In this document: positions 44,801-56,435 of the stretch, in pieces | Numbering within the stretch: the stretch's first letter is position 1 | Layout: the number at the start of each line of letters is the position of its first letter | Source: Oopsacas minuta | Lineage: Eukaryota > Animalia > Porifera | Direction: 5' to 3' | Assembly: GCA_024704765.1 (NCBI GenBank) | Contig: JAKMXF010000266.1 | Span: 310,001-374,000 of the forward strand | Length of the DNA stretch: 64,000 bases | Made by a program: the position numbers and the translations under genes | Notes under the pieces: generated by a model | The model's database searches: none | Told to the model about the DNA's origin: nothing | Seen by the model: the letters and a program-made list of their open reading frames with translations, nothing else

Positions 44801-46599
44801 CTCATGAATTCATTCGCATACACAGAGAAGCTTTAGAGTCTGAATACGTTAGTATGCATTTACATGAGTGGATAGATCTTATTTTCGGTTACAAACAAAA
44901 GGGTAAACCATCAGAAGAAGCACATAACGTTTTTCACCCTTGGTTCTATGAGGGTAACATTGACATTAATCGGGTAACAGATCCTATCAAACGCAACCTT
45001 GTAATTGGATTTATAAAAAATTATGGTCAAATGCCAAGGCAGCTTTTTAAGAGGCCACACAAACAGCGCAGACATATCACCCTCCCACTTGCACCGAGTG
45101 TTATGCACAACCCGGCTAACCTACAAGGCTCTACACAAAGCATCGCTGAGGCTGAAAACAAATTTGATCAACCGAATGCTGTATTCTACCATGATTTTGT
45201 AAACTTACAACCTCCTATACAACCGTCTAAAGAGCTTCGAGGACCTGTTGGCCAAATTATAGTTTTAGAAAAATCAATACTAGCATACGAAAGTGGTAAC
45301 ATTATTCTTCCACCTAATTTCCAACGTGTTCTATCCTATAGTTCTTATGACAATTCACTTCGTCTATATTCCACCGACCAAGACAAGTTGCTTGCAGTAT
45401 TTGAGGATTTACAACTAGGTAAAATAAACGCGGTTGCTAGTGCTGATGGAAAACGTATATTCACAGCTGGTGATAGTTCAGTTATACATGTCTGGGAGAT
45501 TAAACAGTATGCTTTCAAGGGTAAACCATCACTGATTAAGCGCGCTATCCTCTCAGGACATATTGCACCTATAACTTGTCTTACTGCCTCTGCTTCGTAT
45601 GCATTGCTATTATCCGGCAGCGAAGATTGTAGTGTAATTGTCTGGGATCTTAATCACTTAGTCTTCATTCGTCAACTCACTAAACACCCGTCTCCAATAG
45701 CTGCTATTGCAGTTAACTCGCTTACAGGAGATATAGTGACTAGTTCTGGCCAGAAATTGTTCTACTGGACGGTTAATGGAGAGTTGCTAGTACAATGTAA
45801 TCACTATTTAAAACTTGGATACAGGATTAACGTGATTATAACGAGTGAGTACTGTGAATGGGACCCTCGTAATGTCATACTTACAGGCTCAACTGATGGC
45901 GTAGTGCGCATTTGGAGTGTCGAGTATGCTAAAGTGCCGAATAACCCTAGAAAGATTAAGAAATTAGAAAATATACTATTAGATAAACCGAAATCTCGAT
46001 CCATTACACCTACATCTACACCTGCTACACCAGTACACGAGGAAACCATCATTGATATGGTTGAGCCAGCTTTCATTCCTGATATCGATGGTGTCACACA
46101 AGCAACACCTACTATTGACGAGCAACCCATAAGAGCAAGAGTTAGAGCGATTTCACGCGATCAAATAGAAACCCATTGGGAGAGAGTCATAGTAGAGCGT
46201 ACACCTTGCTTAACATTGCACACTAGTTACCATCGAAAAGACAATCCTGAACCAGGTGCAATAACCGCACTCACAATCAGTAAGGATTATAAGAAGTTAT
46301 ATATTGGAGACTCCAATGGTCGTGTCTGGCAATGGAGTCTCCCTGAAAGCATTGGCGGTCGCACTGATAGATGGATCAACACGAAAAAATACGATAGTTG
46401 CCTTGATTGTAAGAGTAAATTCACTGTCACTGATAGGAAGCATCACTGTAGGAAATGTGGAAATATATTTTGCTCGCGTTGTTCAAAATATAGTGCCGAA
46501 ATCCCAGATATGAGGATTTATAAACCGGTTCGTGTTTGCATCACATGTTACAAAATTCTTACTAATCAGAATGAAGAAGATATCGAGGATCCTTTATGA
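35868..46599 (+). CDS. WDFY3: WD repeat and FYVE domain-containing protein 3 (ALFY; PH-BEACH-WD40-FYVE), about 3558 aa, 2 exons (35868-36164, 36220-46599)
   Basis: Exon 1 has GLQHLRKIY..KKLCPLFVRVF, like the ALFY N-terminus. A 55-nt GTAAGT..TTTTAG intron joins in frame to the big ORF. RERGLWG, BEACH ([55 protein letters not shown]), WD40 repeats, terminal FYVE (RKHHCRKCG..VRVC). Confidence 0.95.
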
Positions 46600-46876
46600 A
46601 TTGTATTCATAGAAGAAATATCCCGAAATGAGTTAAAACGTCTCTTTTTGCCTTCTTTATTTGGATTTGCAATACATAAGTCTGCCAAATTTGTTTTTCA
46701 TGTTTGTTCCAGTTTAGTAATACTTTTTATTTAAAGATTGTAAATTTCAATTAGTTTATCAGTTCAACAATATTTCGTTTTTATGCTATTTTGGCACACG
46801 AAAACTAAATTATAGTAATATTTGTATTTTCAATTTTGTGTAATGTTTACATAGTTCGATATTGTGTAGATTTTTT

Positions 46877-49807
46877 ATGGCTCAAGAAGCCCATAAACCT
46901 CGCTTGCCATCTCAGTCGAAAATAAAGTCTAAGTTCGTACCACTCAAAGCAACACACCACAAATCCTTTGATGCTTTATCCAATGACCCGTCGATAACAA
47001 GTCAGAAACCTCCTCAATCCCCTTTTCCTTCTATTCCTTCATTCATAAAACAAAAACTTCCTGGACGACACAGTCGCACAGGTAGTACTTCATCTGTCCA
47101 ATCACTTGACATGTTGCAGACATCTGGATCGAATTTTTCATTCGAAACTCCTCCTCCTATATCACAATTTAGTGACGATATTTGGGTCACTCAAATTCAC
47201 CCTGTAACAGGAAATATTTTCTATATTGATATTCAGCCTATTTTTAGGCGGAAAAAGCATTATCAATCGACAATCAGTCTAAATTCAGTTATCAGCGATA
47301 TTTCAGCTGCAAGTGCCCCCATTAAGCCAATTGAAACTCCGGGCACTTCTCCGTCACTCTCATCTAAACGCAAACTGAAATTAAGTCAACTATTTCCTCA
47401 CCGTACGCTAGGGCGTAGTAAGAAAAAGAATCAACAATCTCCAATGCATAAACCTGCACGCAATTCTACTATATCTTTGGATGAAGGAAAACTTCTTAAA
47501 ACATCTTTACCTGAATCTCCAAAGCCTTTTCCCCGATCCAAATCTGTTACAAACTCTATCTATCTAAATTTGAAACTACCTCAGTCTGACCGAGATAGTA
47601 ACCCGATCACTAAGCTAGATAGTTTGACGAAATTCGGGATAATCATCCAACAGCCGCGAATTAAGTCTTCGAAAAGTTTTGATGATCTTTTGGATGGCTC
47701 GAATGCTGTATCACGAGAAAAACATACTAGTTTGTCACCAGTAATAATTCAATCGATTATTCAAGACTCTCCTGCCTCTATCGATGGATCATTGAGGTCT
47801 ATGGATAAGATAGTTTCAATAGATAACAATAATGTCACACAAGATAATATACACATAATACTTGACAAACTAAAAAACAAACCTCAACTTACTCTTGAGA
47901 TTCAGAAAGAGCAATACAGTAATTTTACCTACACAAACCCTGATACTGAAGATGTCTCAGGAGAATCTGGGATCGCAGAGAGTTTTGCACGTTTAGTAGC
48001 TGGTAAGGAAACTTTTGAAAACATTGCTAAGACATCAGAGAAAGACATAGGAACATATTTATGCTTGTATATGACTATCAACGATAAGAATCAAGTGAGT
48101 AAAGATCAGGGTATGGATGATCTCGTATTCTATTACCCACATCAACCTATACCAAAGAACATAGATTCTAAAGATCCTGCCGCGTCTAGTTTGCATAAAT
48201 TAGTCGCAGTACGTGGTATGTTCTACACATTGGCAGATGTTGTTCAATCTATAAGTGGATTGGCCGGTGACAGAGCTACACTTGAAACGACAAACGGTGA
48301 AATTGTGCATGCTGCATTCAAACTGCTTCCTAACAAAGAAATTGTGGTCATTATTGCACCTGAAAATGTCGTCGAAGAGAAAACAACTTTATGCAACCAC
48401 CTAGATACATTCATTGATGCATTAACTTTTCAATTCGGCAATGTCAGTAATGCATTTATGCAGCAGTCTAACTTGGAAGAGTTAGACCATCTTTGTTGTC
48501 TGTTATTTTCAAATATTTACAGAACGGTATTATTCGATCAAAGTGATGTTTTCATCTCAAATTTAATGGCTAGTCAAACTCTACGGATAAATTCAGAAAT
48601 AAATACAGAGATTAATTCTCTACTTAGCGAACTGAATGCCTCAGATCTGTCAGATCAACCAGAAATATCTGCAATGCAAAGACCTTACCACACACTTGGT
48701 TCATGTTTGTATTACAAAGGTTACATAATCTGTTCACAACTTCCAGCTAGTTACCAGAGAGAGGTAAATTTATATTGTTCCTATCATGGGTTGTTAAACT
48801 TAACTTCAACACAATCAGTTGGCCAAATTGTGATATGGAAACAGGTATTTACTTCGAATGTCGAACCACCAAGCACACCTAAAACTCATAAAAACATCAG
48901 TTTCAAATGTTTAGGCGGAAAATATTTCCTTTTACTTGTAGGATTGGGTCAAGCTCTTTGTGCGCAAATTCTGTTGGCTGGACCAATGGCTACCCGACTT
49001 CTAAACTTACCTCCTCCTGATCCACTGCTTGTCGACCGAATTAAAGAAATGTTAGATGAATTGGAGAGGTATGGACTCTTTAGTGATCTTGAAGAAAAGA
49101 GTTTCAACACTGCTCATTTACCGCCCATAACAAATCCATTAGTAGATTCCAATAAGGGAAATGATAGGAATACTATATTCGAACGTAATTTGAGAAGTTC
49201 TAGGAGTTCGTTGAGAACTTCAGGCGAAAGCACAGATAGTGACGGATCTACAGCGACTAAAACTCAATCTAGAATTTCACTACCCCTCCTAGATCCACAG
49301 CCTCAACCTATAGGCAAACAAATTCCATACGATTCCATCTCATTTCTAACAAGTAGCACAATCAATTTACTTTTCCATTATTTAGTTTTCGATGAGTTAT
49401 CTGGTATTTTTCTGACACCACCAGCACTCCCAAAGCATTCCTCGTCTTCACATAGCATTCAGAAGGATCTAGTTTATATTTTTCACACTGCATGCCTTTG
49501 CATTCGTGAACAATTCAAGTATAGTAAGAATTGGTCAAAGAACTTAGCAAAATTGAATAAAAAATTCAAGAACTACAAATCTAATGACCCAGAATTAACG
49601 TTAGGTGAAGCGACTGAGAGTGCCTTTAAATTTACATGGACAGTACAAGCAAAATCAACTAAAGACAATACTATCCTACTATTTTGGGTGGTCGGAAGGA
49701 GAATTTCCCGGCCTAAACCATGTGAATTGTATATTTGTTATCAAGATTCTACTCCTCAATCAACAATCGAGATGGCTTTCAAACTGCTACAAAGCAATAT
49801 TATTTAG
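46877..49807 (+). CDS. INTU: Inturned (CPLANE, tri-Longin) homolog, intronless
   Basis: DLVFYYP, VRGMFYTLADVV, LGSCLYYKGYIICSQLP, QIVIWKQVF, PPPDPLLVDRIK, LFHYLVFDELSGIFLTP, FWVVGRR..PKPCELYICYQDS..IEMAFKL match recalled INTU Longin domains. Confidence 0.85.
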   Translation: MAQEAHKPRLPSQSKIKSKFVPLKATHHKSFDALSNDPSITSQKPPQSPFPSIPSFIKQKLPGRHSRTGSTSSVQSLDMLQTSGSNFSFETPPPISQFSDDIWVTQIHPVTGNIFYIDIQPIFRRKKHYQSTISLNSVISDISAASAPIKPIETPGTSPSLSSKRKLKLSQLFPHRTLGRSKKKNQQSPMHKPARNSTISLDEGKLLKTSLPESPKPFPRSKSVTNSIYLNLKLPQSDRDSNPITKLDSLTKFGIIIQQPRIKSSKSFDDLLDGSNAVSREKHTSLSPVIIQSIIQDSPASIDGSLRSMDKIVSIDNNNVTQDNIHIILDKLKNKPQLTLEIQKEQYSNFTYTNPDTEDVSGESGIAESFARLVAGKETFENIAKTSEKDIGTYLCLYMTINDKNQVSKDQGMDDLVFYYPHQPIPKNIDSKDPAASSLHKLVAVRGMFYTLADVVQSISGLAGDRATLETTNGEIVHAAFKLLPNKEIVVIIAPENVVEEKTTLCNHLDTFIDALTFQFGNVSNAFMQQSNLEELDHLCCLLFSNIYRTVLFDQSDVFISNLMASQTLRINSEINTEINSLLSELNASDLSDQPEISAMQRPYHTLGSCLYYKGYIICSQLPASYQREVNLYCSYHGLLNLTSTQSVGQIVIWKQVFTSNVEPPSTPKTHKNISFKCLGGKYFLLLVGLGQALCAQILLAGPMATRLLNLPPPDPLLVDRIKEMLDELERYGLFSDLEEKSFNTAHLPPITNPLVDSNKGNDRNTIFERNLRSSRSSLRTSGESTDSDGSTATKTQSRISLPLLDPQPQPIGKQIPYDSISFLTSSTINLLFHYLVFDELSGIFLTPPALPKHSSSSHSIQKDLVYIFHTACLCIREQFKYSKNWSKNLAKLNKKFKNYKSNDPELTLGEATESAFKFTWTVQAKSTKDNTILLFWVVGRRISRPKPCELYICYQDSTPQSTIEMAFKLLQSNII

Positions 49808-50215
49808 TAATCATTGCATCAGCCATATAGGTTGACTTAAATTTGTATATCTGTTATTAATATGCAGTATTCTAATATTCTAGTAATATACAGCATATTT
49901 ATGTGCCCATATTGTATTTATATTCAAAAATATTTTTAAATGGCCATCAAAAAATTGTTTTTCTAGCAATTTGTAATCTATAAGTAACATAATTGAGCCT
50001 TTAGTATATATTATTGCCCACGTTTGACTTTGAAAATATTTGAAATATGTATTACCAAACCCCAAACTTTCAATATCTCCCCTTACATACAGTATCTGGG
50101 ATATAACTTGTACCTATAATTATGCATAGTTTCAGGATGCCAATTCGTACTAGGCATGACTTATTCATGTAAGTATAAGAATCTCAAATTCCCTTTTAAC
50201 AGTCACACATAAGTT

Positions 50216-52771
50216 ATGTTTTTTGAGGTAAAATACTCACGACTGTCCCAACAATTTTTGCTACTCTTGAGTTGCTTTGCATTATCTGTATGTAGTAATT
50301 ATGTAATAAACATTGCTGGATTATATCCTGAGAATGGAGGTTGGGTTGCACCGCAAATGAGAAATATCGGCGAATTCGCAAAAGATATTATTAACAACTC
50401 AACTAATATATTACCAGACCATCAGTTAAATATCGAATGGAAAAATTCACAATGTGCGAACAAGCCATCTGTGGATTCGATTCTAGCTTTCCTTCAAGAT
50501 CAGGATGTTGTTTACCATTTTGTTCTGGGTCCGGCTTGCTCAATTTCAGCTGAGCCAGTTGGTCAAATCATTCCGACGTTTAACCTGAACATGTTGGCGT
50601 ATTCTGCAAATTCACCGGGTCTAACTTCAAATACGTATCCGAATACTTTCATAGGATTGGTAACCTATAATACATATGTTGTTGTATGGATTAAGTTGAT
50701 TAACTTTTATAAGTGGCGAAGAATAGCCATTATAGGACAAGACACGGGCATATTCAACTTAGTAGAATCAAACTTTGGCGATCAGTTAAAGGAACTGAAT
50801 GTAACATTTGATAGTGAACGCATCATAGACGGGAATAAGGAGGAAATTGACAACAAATTAGATCGTATTTTTCTAGTCAAGAAGTACAGAATAATATTTG
50901 CAAATTTCTATGAAGGACAAGCGTATGAAGTTCTTTGTAGAGCTTATCTAAAGGGTTATGTTTATCCATATGTAACTTGGGTGTTACCCTCGTGGTTTAC
51001 TCAAGGTTGGGTTGAGAGAGGTAAGAGCAATTGCCAATTCTGTCAAGGGTGTGACATAGATGCTACATTGAAAGGAGGTTTGGGATTAGATATCGTACCC
51101 ACACGAGAGCAATTAATAAGTAAGAACTTGGATACCATACTCGGTCTCAAACAGCAAGAAATATGGAACATGTTCGCTGAGAACAATGTAGTCACTGACA
51201 TTGCCGTAGAAAGATACTTACCATATTCTTTTGATAGTTTGCTTTCATTTGCTTTGGCATTGAACGCTAGCCTACAAAATGGAATAGATTTGAGTCAATT
51301 TAATTATCATCAAGCAGATAATGCATCAATAAATAGTGAAATCGTGGAATCATTGAAAAACTCACTTGCAGGTGTTGATTTTGCTGGATTGACTGGTGAG
51401 GTGAATTATCAGGGAAGAGCACGAAAATATTCAAATGGTGAACTATCCGAGTATGAAAATGATGGAAATTTCAAATCATTGGTTACCATACCCAATATTG
51501 GAGAAAATCTAAGTAGCAGTCTTGAAGGATCTTCTTATATAGACTTCAACACATTGGATTTTGAGTATTTTGGAATGCAAGCTGGACCTCTTGATGGAGT
51601 GGAGCTCCATCACTTGCCAATATCAGCAATAATAATCTCCGTTATATTCGCATTTTGCGCGCTTATCTTTTCAGTTTTCTTTCTAGTATTTAACATAATT
51701 TTCAATAAGAAAAAGGTTATCAGGTACAGCAATCCTATCCTGAACTCTTTTATCTTAATTGGAGCATGTCTACAGTGTGGAGTAGCGATACTCGTTTTGA
51801 TCGATAACAGAATTCTTCAACGCACTCCAGAGCAGCAACGGAACAATGAAGAATGTATCGGATGTACGGTTTTATGTCATTTAGTTTGGTTGTTGCCTGC
51901 AATAGCTACTGATATCATCTTCGGAACACTAGTTGGGAAATCAGTTCGTATTTACTCCATCGTAATTAGGAAATCCTTGCATAATAAAGTCAAGTTAGCT
52001 TACATCATCCTTTTCATTTGTGGATTGATGGTATTCGATACGGTTTATACGTTAATTTGGATTGCCATAGAAGCACTCAGATTCCAATTCATAGCTGAAG
52101 GTCCTCTTCAAACAGATCTGCCAAACATTAAGCAACCTGGAGCTCCATTTTGGTACATTTTCTACTGTGCAGAAGGTGGTGATCCAAGTTCTCCTGCAAT
52201 TGCAGTTCGTTTCGTGTATATACTTTTCAGATGGATCCTCTATGGAGTAGGATTATACTTTGCATTCCAAATTCGTAAAGTGAACATTCGTGGAGTGAAT
52301 GAATTCCAGTCAATTACATTAGCCACTTTAGTGACCATTTTCTTCAATTTAGTTCGTATCATTCTCATCACAATGATTCCATCAGTGAGGCTGATTGACA
52401 CTGCTATTACTCTACTGTCTATAAGCTATGCACTCGATGCTATATTCGTTGTAGGTTTCATATTCGTACCCAAATTGTACTTCATTGTTCGTGATCCGAA
52501 TGAGAAGAACAATTACACAGGAGTAAACAACACTTCTGTGATTGATAATAGCGTGGTGTATGATATGCAAATGGCGAAAGTGCGATGTGAACTTGATCAT
52601 GTGAAATCTGAACGCGACTCTCTCACTCAAACAGTTCGTAGAATGTCTTTAGTACCCTCGGCCTCGGAGCATAATCTCGGCTTTTCACCATCAATTGAAG
52701 AATTACCCGAACCAGATCTCAGGGAATGTGTACCTCCGACTTACCAAAGCGAGCCAACTGAAAGTCAATAA
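50216..52771 (+). CDS. GABA-B-receptor-like class C GPCR, copy 1 (signal peptide, Venus flytrap, 7TM, C-terminal coiled coil), intronless
   Basis: LGPACS, WRRIAII, YPYVTWVLP, FAGLTGEV; no Cys-rich linker; 7TM with VIRYSNPILN, IFGTLVGKSVRIY, AFQIRKVNIRGVNE, IFVPK; heptad tail MAKVRCELDHVKSERDSL. Confidence 0.9.
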   Translation: MFFEVKYSRLSQQFLLLLSCFALSVCSNYVINIAGLYPENGGWVAPQMRNIGEFAKDIINNSTNILPDHQLNIEWKNSQCANKPSVDSILAFLQDQDVVYHFVLGPACSISAEPVGQIIPTFNLNMLAYSANSPGLTSNTYPNTFIGLVTYNTYVVVWIKLINFYKWRRIAIIGQDTGIFNLVESNFGDQLKELNVTFDSERIIDGNKEEIDNKLDRIFLVKKYRIIFANFYEGQAYEVLCRAYLKGYVYPYVTWVLPSWFTQGWVERGKSNCQFCQGCDIDATLKGGLGLDIVPTREQLISKNLDTILGLKQQEIWNMFAENNVVTDIAVERYLPYSFDSLLSFALALNASLQNGIDLSQFNYHQADNASINSEIVESLKNSLAGVDFAGLTGEVNYQGRARKYSNGELSEYENDGNFKSLVTIPNIGENLSSSLEGSSYIDFNTLDFEYFGMQAGPLDGVELHHLPISAIIISVIFAFCALIFSVFFLVFNIIFNKKKVIRYSNPILNSFILIGACLQCGVAILVLIDNRILQRTPEQQRNNEECIGCTVLCHLVWLLPAIATDIIFGTLVGKSVRIYSIVIRKSLHNKVKLAYIILFICGLMVFDTVYTLIWIAIEALRFQFIAEGPLQTDLPNIKQPGAPFWYIFYCAEGGDPSSPAIAVRFVYILFRWILYGVGLYFAFQIRKVNIRGVNEFQSITLATLVTIFFNLVRIILITMIPSVRLIDTAITLLSISYALDAIFVVGFIFVPKLYFIVRDPNEKNNYTGVNNTSVIDNSVVYDMQMAKVRCELDHVKSERDSLTQTVRRMSLVPSASEHNLGFSPSIEELPEPDLRECVPPTYQSEPTESQ

Positions 52772-53361
52772 TAAATAGATTTAGTTAGTATGTATCGTCT
52801 CTTGGTATAGGCAGTATGTAACTGATTGTGTTTCTTTTCTACCCCATAATAGTGATGAGTATATTGTTTTACATTTCTACACATTTATTCTTGAGGATTC
52901 ATTTTCCATTATTCTTGTTTGTTCGTACTTTATGTCTGATAGCGAGCTTACTATATTGTTGTATATTAAAGTTAGAACACATTATTCTTCTCTCAATTTC
53001 TATATTGTTGTTACTGGACACTTGTTAATACGTATTATATTATTATGTAGAAATTGATATCCCACAACCCAATAATATTTCAAAAATACTCTATGAAATT
53101 GTTTTTCTAATGTTGCAATCTATAATAGACCAAATGCCAATTTCCCACGTGTACTTTAGAAATACGACACGTGATATTATCTGATGCTAACTGCTTACCG
53201 AATCTTAAATTTTCCTCAATCTTATATGTAGATTAATGCACCTTTACACTATAATGGAAAAATTTGTATTATAAAATAATATATAAGCTTCTCAGAATAA
53301 AATTACTACCAGCTATACTTCACGTAAGTCTTCAATAATTTTAATATTTAAAAATTCAAGT

Positions 53362-55845
53362 ATGTTTTTTGGGGGCACATTACTCGTGGCTGAAACGAAG
53401 ATTTTGGTACTCTTGAGTTGCTTTGTATTATCTTTATATAGTATTAATGTGATCAACATTGCAGGATTATATTCAGAGGATGGGAATTTGTTCGCTCCAC
53501 AATTTAAATATATCGGTGAGTTCGCTAAAGACCTTGTCAATAACGCAACCAATATTTTACCGAACTATCGGTTAAATATCGATTGGAAAAATTCTCAATG
53601 TAAGAGCAGGTCAGCTGTAAACGAGATACAAAGTTTCATTCAAGATCAAAGTGTAATTTACCATTTTGTTCTGGGCCCGGCGTGCTCGATTTCAGCAGAA
53701 CCAGTTGGCCAAATTATTCCGAGCTATTACTTGAATATGTTAGCATATTCCGCAACTTCACCAGGTCTGACATCTGCTTCGTATCCGAATACTTTTTTGG
53801 GGGTGGTAACCTATAATACATATGTTGTTGTTTGGATTAAGTTGGTGCAATTTTATGGATGGCGAAGAGTAGCAATTATCGGACAAGACACCGGCGTGTT
53901 CAACATAGTAGGGTCGAACTTTGGTGAGCAATTAAAGGACCTGGATGTAACCTTTGACAGCGAGCGAATCATAGATGGGAATGAGGAGGAAATTGATGAC
54001 AAATTAGATCGTATTTTTCTAACCAAGAAGTACAGAATAGTTTTTGCAACATTTTATGAAGGACAAGGGTATAAGGTTCTTTGTAGAGCTCACAAAAAGG
54101 GTTATGTTTATCCATACGTAACTTGGGTGTTACCTTCATGGTATAGTAAAACATGGGTTGAGAGAGGTGAAAGCACTTGTCAATTTTGTCAAGGGTGCGA
54201 CATTGATGTTACGTTGAAAGGCGCACTAGGAGTAGATTCTGTATCCACTCGAGAGCAATTAATAAGTAACAACACAGATACTATACTCGGTCTCAAACAG
54301 CAAGAATTATGGAGCATGTTCACCGACAAGTATGTACTTAATGATGTGAATGAAGAATACTTACCATATATTTTTGATAGTTTGCTTTCAATTGCTTTGA
54401 CATTTAACGCAAGCTTACAAAAGGGAATAGATTTGACTCAATTTAATTATCATCAAGCAGATAATGCACCAATAAATACTGTAATCCTGGAATCATTGCA
54501 GAACTCAATTGAAGAATTGGATTTTGCAGGATTGACTGGCCAGGTTAATTATCATGGAAGGGCCCGCCGATATTCGAATGCAGAATTATCTGAGTATATT
54601 AACGGAAACTTTAAACCACTGATTAACATACCGAATATTGGCGGAGATATTAGTAGCTACATTGGAGAACCATATATAAATTTCAATGAAGCAGAGTTTG
54701 AGTATTTTGGAATGCAAGCTGGACCTCTTGATGGAGTGGAGCTCCATCACTTGCCAATATCAGCAATAGTGATCTCCGTTATATTCGCATTTTGCGCGCT
54801 TATCTTTTCAGTTTTCTTTCTAGTATTTAACATAATTTTCAATAAGAAAAAGGTTATCAGGTACAGCAATCCTATCCTGAACTCTTTTATCTTAATTGGA
54901 GCATGTCTACAGTGTGGAGTAGCGATACTCGTTTTGATCGATAACAGAATTCTTCAACGCACTCCAGAGCAGCAACGGAACAATGAAGAATGTATCGGAT
55001 GCACAATCTTGTGTCACTTGGTTTGGTGGGTTCCTGCATTAGCTACTGACATAATATTTGGAACACTAGTTGGGAAATCAGTTCGTATATACTCCATCGT
55101 AATTAGGAAATCTTTGGTAAACAAAGTTAAAATACTATATGTCATCCTTTTTATCGGTGGATTGATGTTATTCGATACGGTTTATACTGTTATTTGGATT
55201 GCCATAGAAGCACTCAGATTCCAATTCATAGCTGAAGGTCCTCTTCAAACAGATCTGCCAAACATTAAGCAACCTGGAGCTCCATTTTGGTACATTTTCT
55301 ACTGTGCAGAAGGTGGTGATCCAAGTTCTCCTGCAATTGCAGTTCGTTTCGTGTATATACTTTTCAGATGGATCCTCTATGGAGTAGGATTATACTTTGC
55401 ATTCCAAATTCGTAAAGTGAACATTCGTGGAGTGAATGAATTCCAGTCAATTACATTAGCCACTTTAGTGACCATTTTCTTCAACTTAGTTCGTATCATT
55501 CTCATCACAATGATTCCATCAGTGAGGCTGATTGACACTGCTATTACTCTACTGTCTATAAGCTATGCACTCGATGCTATATTTGTTATAGGTTTCATAT
55601 TCGTACCCAAATTGTTTTACATACTTAGTGATCCGAAAGAGAAGAAGAATTACACAAAAGTTCACAACACCTCAACTATCAATAATAGTGTATTGTATGA
55701 TAAACAATTAGCGAAAGTTCAAGAAGAACTTGATCATGTGAAGTATGAACGTGACGCTCTGAGCCAAAACGTTCTCGATATTCCAAAAACTCCTGTTGAT
55801 AAAATGTGCCCAACTTCCCAAGGCGATCCGAGTTTAAGTAAATAA
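53362..55845 (+). CDS. GABA-B-receptor-like class C GPCR, copy 2
   Basis: Same architecture as copy 1; 7TM nearly identical, Venus flytrap diverged. Confidence 0.9.
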   Translation: MFFGGTLLVAETKILVLLSCFVLSLYSINVINIAGLYSEDGNLFAPQFKYIGEFAKDLVNNATNILPNYRLNIDWKNSQCKSRSAVNEIQSFIQDQSVIYHFVLGPACSISAEPVGQIIPSYYLNMLAYSATSPGLTSASYPNTFLGVVTYNTYVVVWIKLVQFYGWRRVAIIGQDTGVFNIVGSNFGEQLKDLDVTFDSERIIDGNEEEIDDKLDRIFLTKKYRIVFATFYEGQGYKVLCRAHKKGYVYPYVTWVLPSWYSKTWVERGESTCQFCQGCDIDVTLKGALGVDSVSTREQLISNNTDTILGLKQQELWSMFTDKYVLNDVNEEYLPYIFDSLLSIALTFNASLQKGIDLTQFNYHQADNAPINTVILESLQNSIEELDFAGLTGQVNYHGRARRYSNAELSEYINGNFKPLINIPNIGGDISSYIGEPYINFNEAEFEYFGMQAGPLDGVELHHLPISAIVISVIFAFCALIFSVFFLVFNIIFNKKKVIRYSNPILNSFILIGACLQCGVAILVLIDNRILQRTPEQQRNNEECIGCTILCHLVWWVPALATDIIFGTLVGKSVRIYSIVIRKSLVNKVKILYVILFIGGLMLFDTVYTVIWIAIEALRFQFIAEGPLQTDLPNIKQPGAPFWYIFYCAEGGDPSSPAIAVRFVYILFRWILYGVGLYFAFQIRKVNIRGVNEFQSITLATLVTIFFNLVRIILITMIPSVRLIDTAITLLSISYALDAIFVIGFIFVPKLFYILSDPKEKKNYTKVHNTSTINNSVLYDKQLAKVQEELDHVKYERDALSQNVLDIPKTPVDKMCPTSQGDPSLSK

Positions 55846-56435
55846 CGAATACGTTTAATTTGTAATGCTATTTCTTAGGATGTATAATGTAACTGAATGT
55901 ACCTTCTTTTCTAACCCATAACAGTTTGTGTATTTTTTAACGTTCTATCCTTTCTCTTGAGGATTATTTTGCCATTATTCTTGTTTGTGTATATTGTGTG
56001 TTGTCTGATAACGAGTTTGTAATATATTGTAGCAGATTAAGATATAATTGGTATGTTGTCAAATTCTCATACATCGTGCATTAGCCTTATAGTTCAATCC
56101 TTTCAATAGTGGAAATTTTGAACTCACGAAGTATATTGTTACTAAACACCTGTTAATACATACTATAATGTTTGTAGGAATTGATATCCTATCACTCAGA
56201 ATATTTCTAAAATGGAAGGCCTTATCAATAACAGGAGTTTAACTCACAAGGTGAATGCACTTGTATTCTATCATATGTAATACAATATACTGGTTCACAC
56301 GAATTGTTTAGTAGAATTTGATACCCATTACCTTGCTAGTATCTCTTTCACAGCCCACCTTATCCTTCAAGAAATAGTCCTGTATATATGGCTACTGGTA
56401 TTTGAAGTTCAATAGAAATTATATTGACAATTAAT

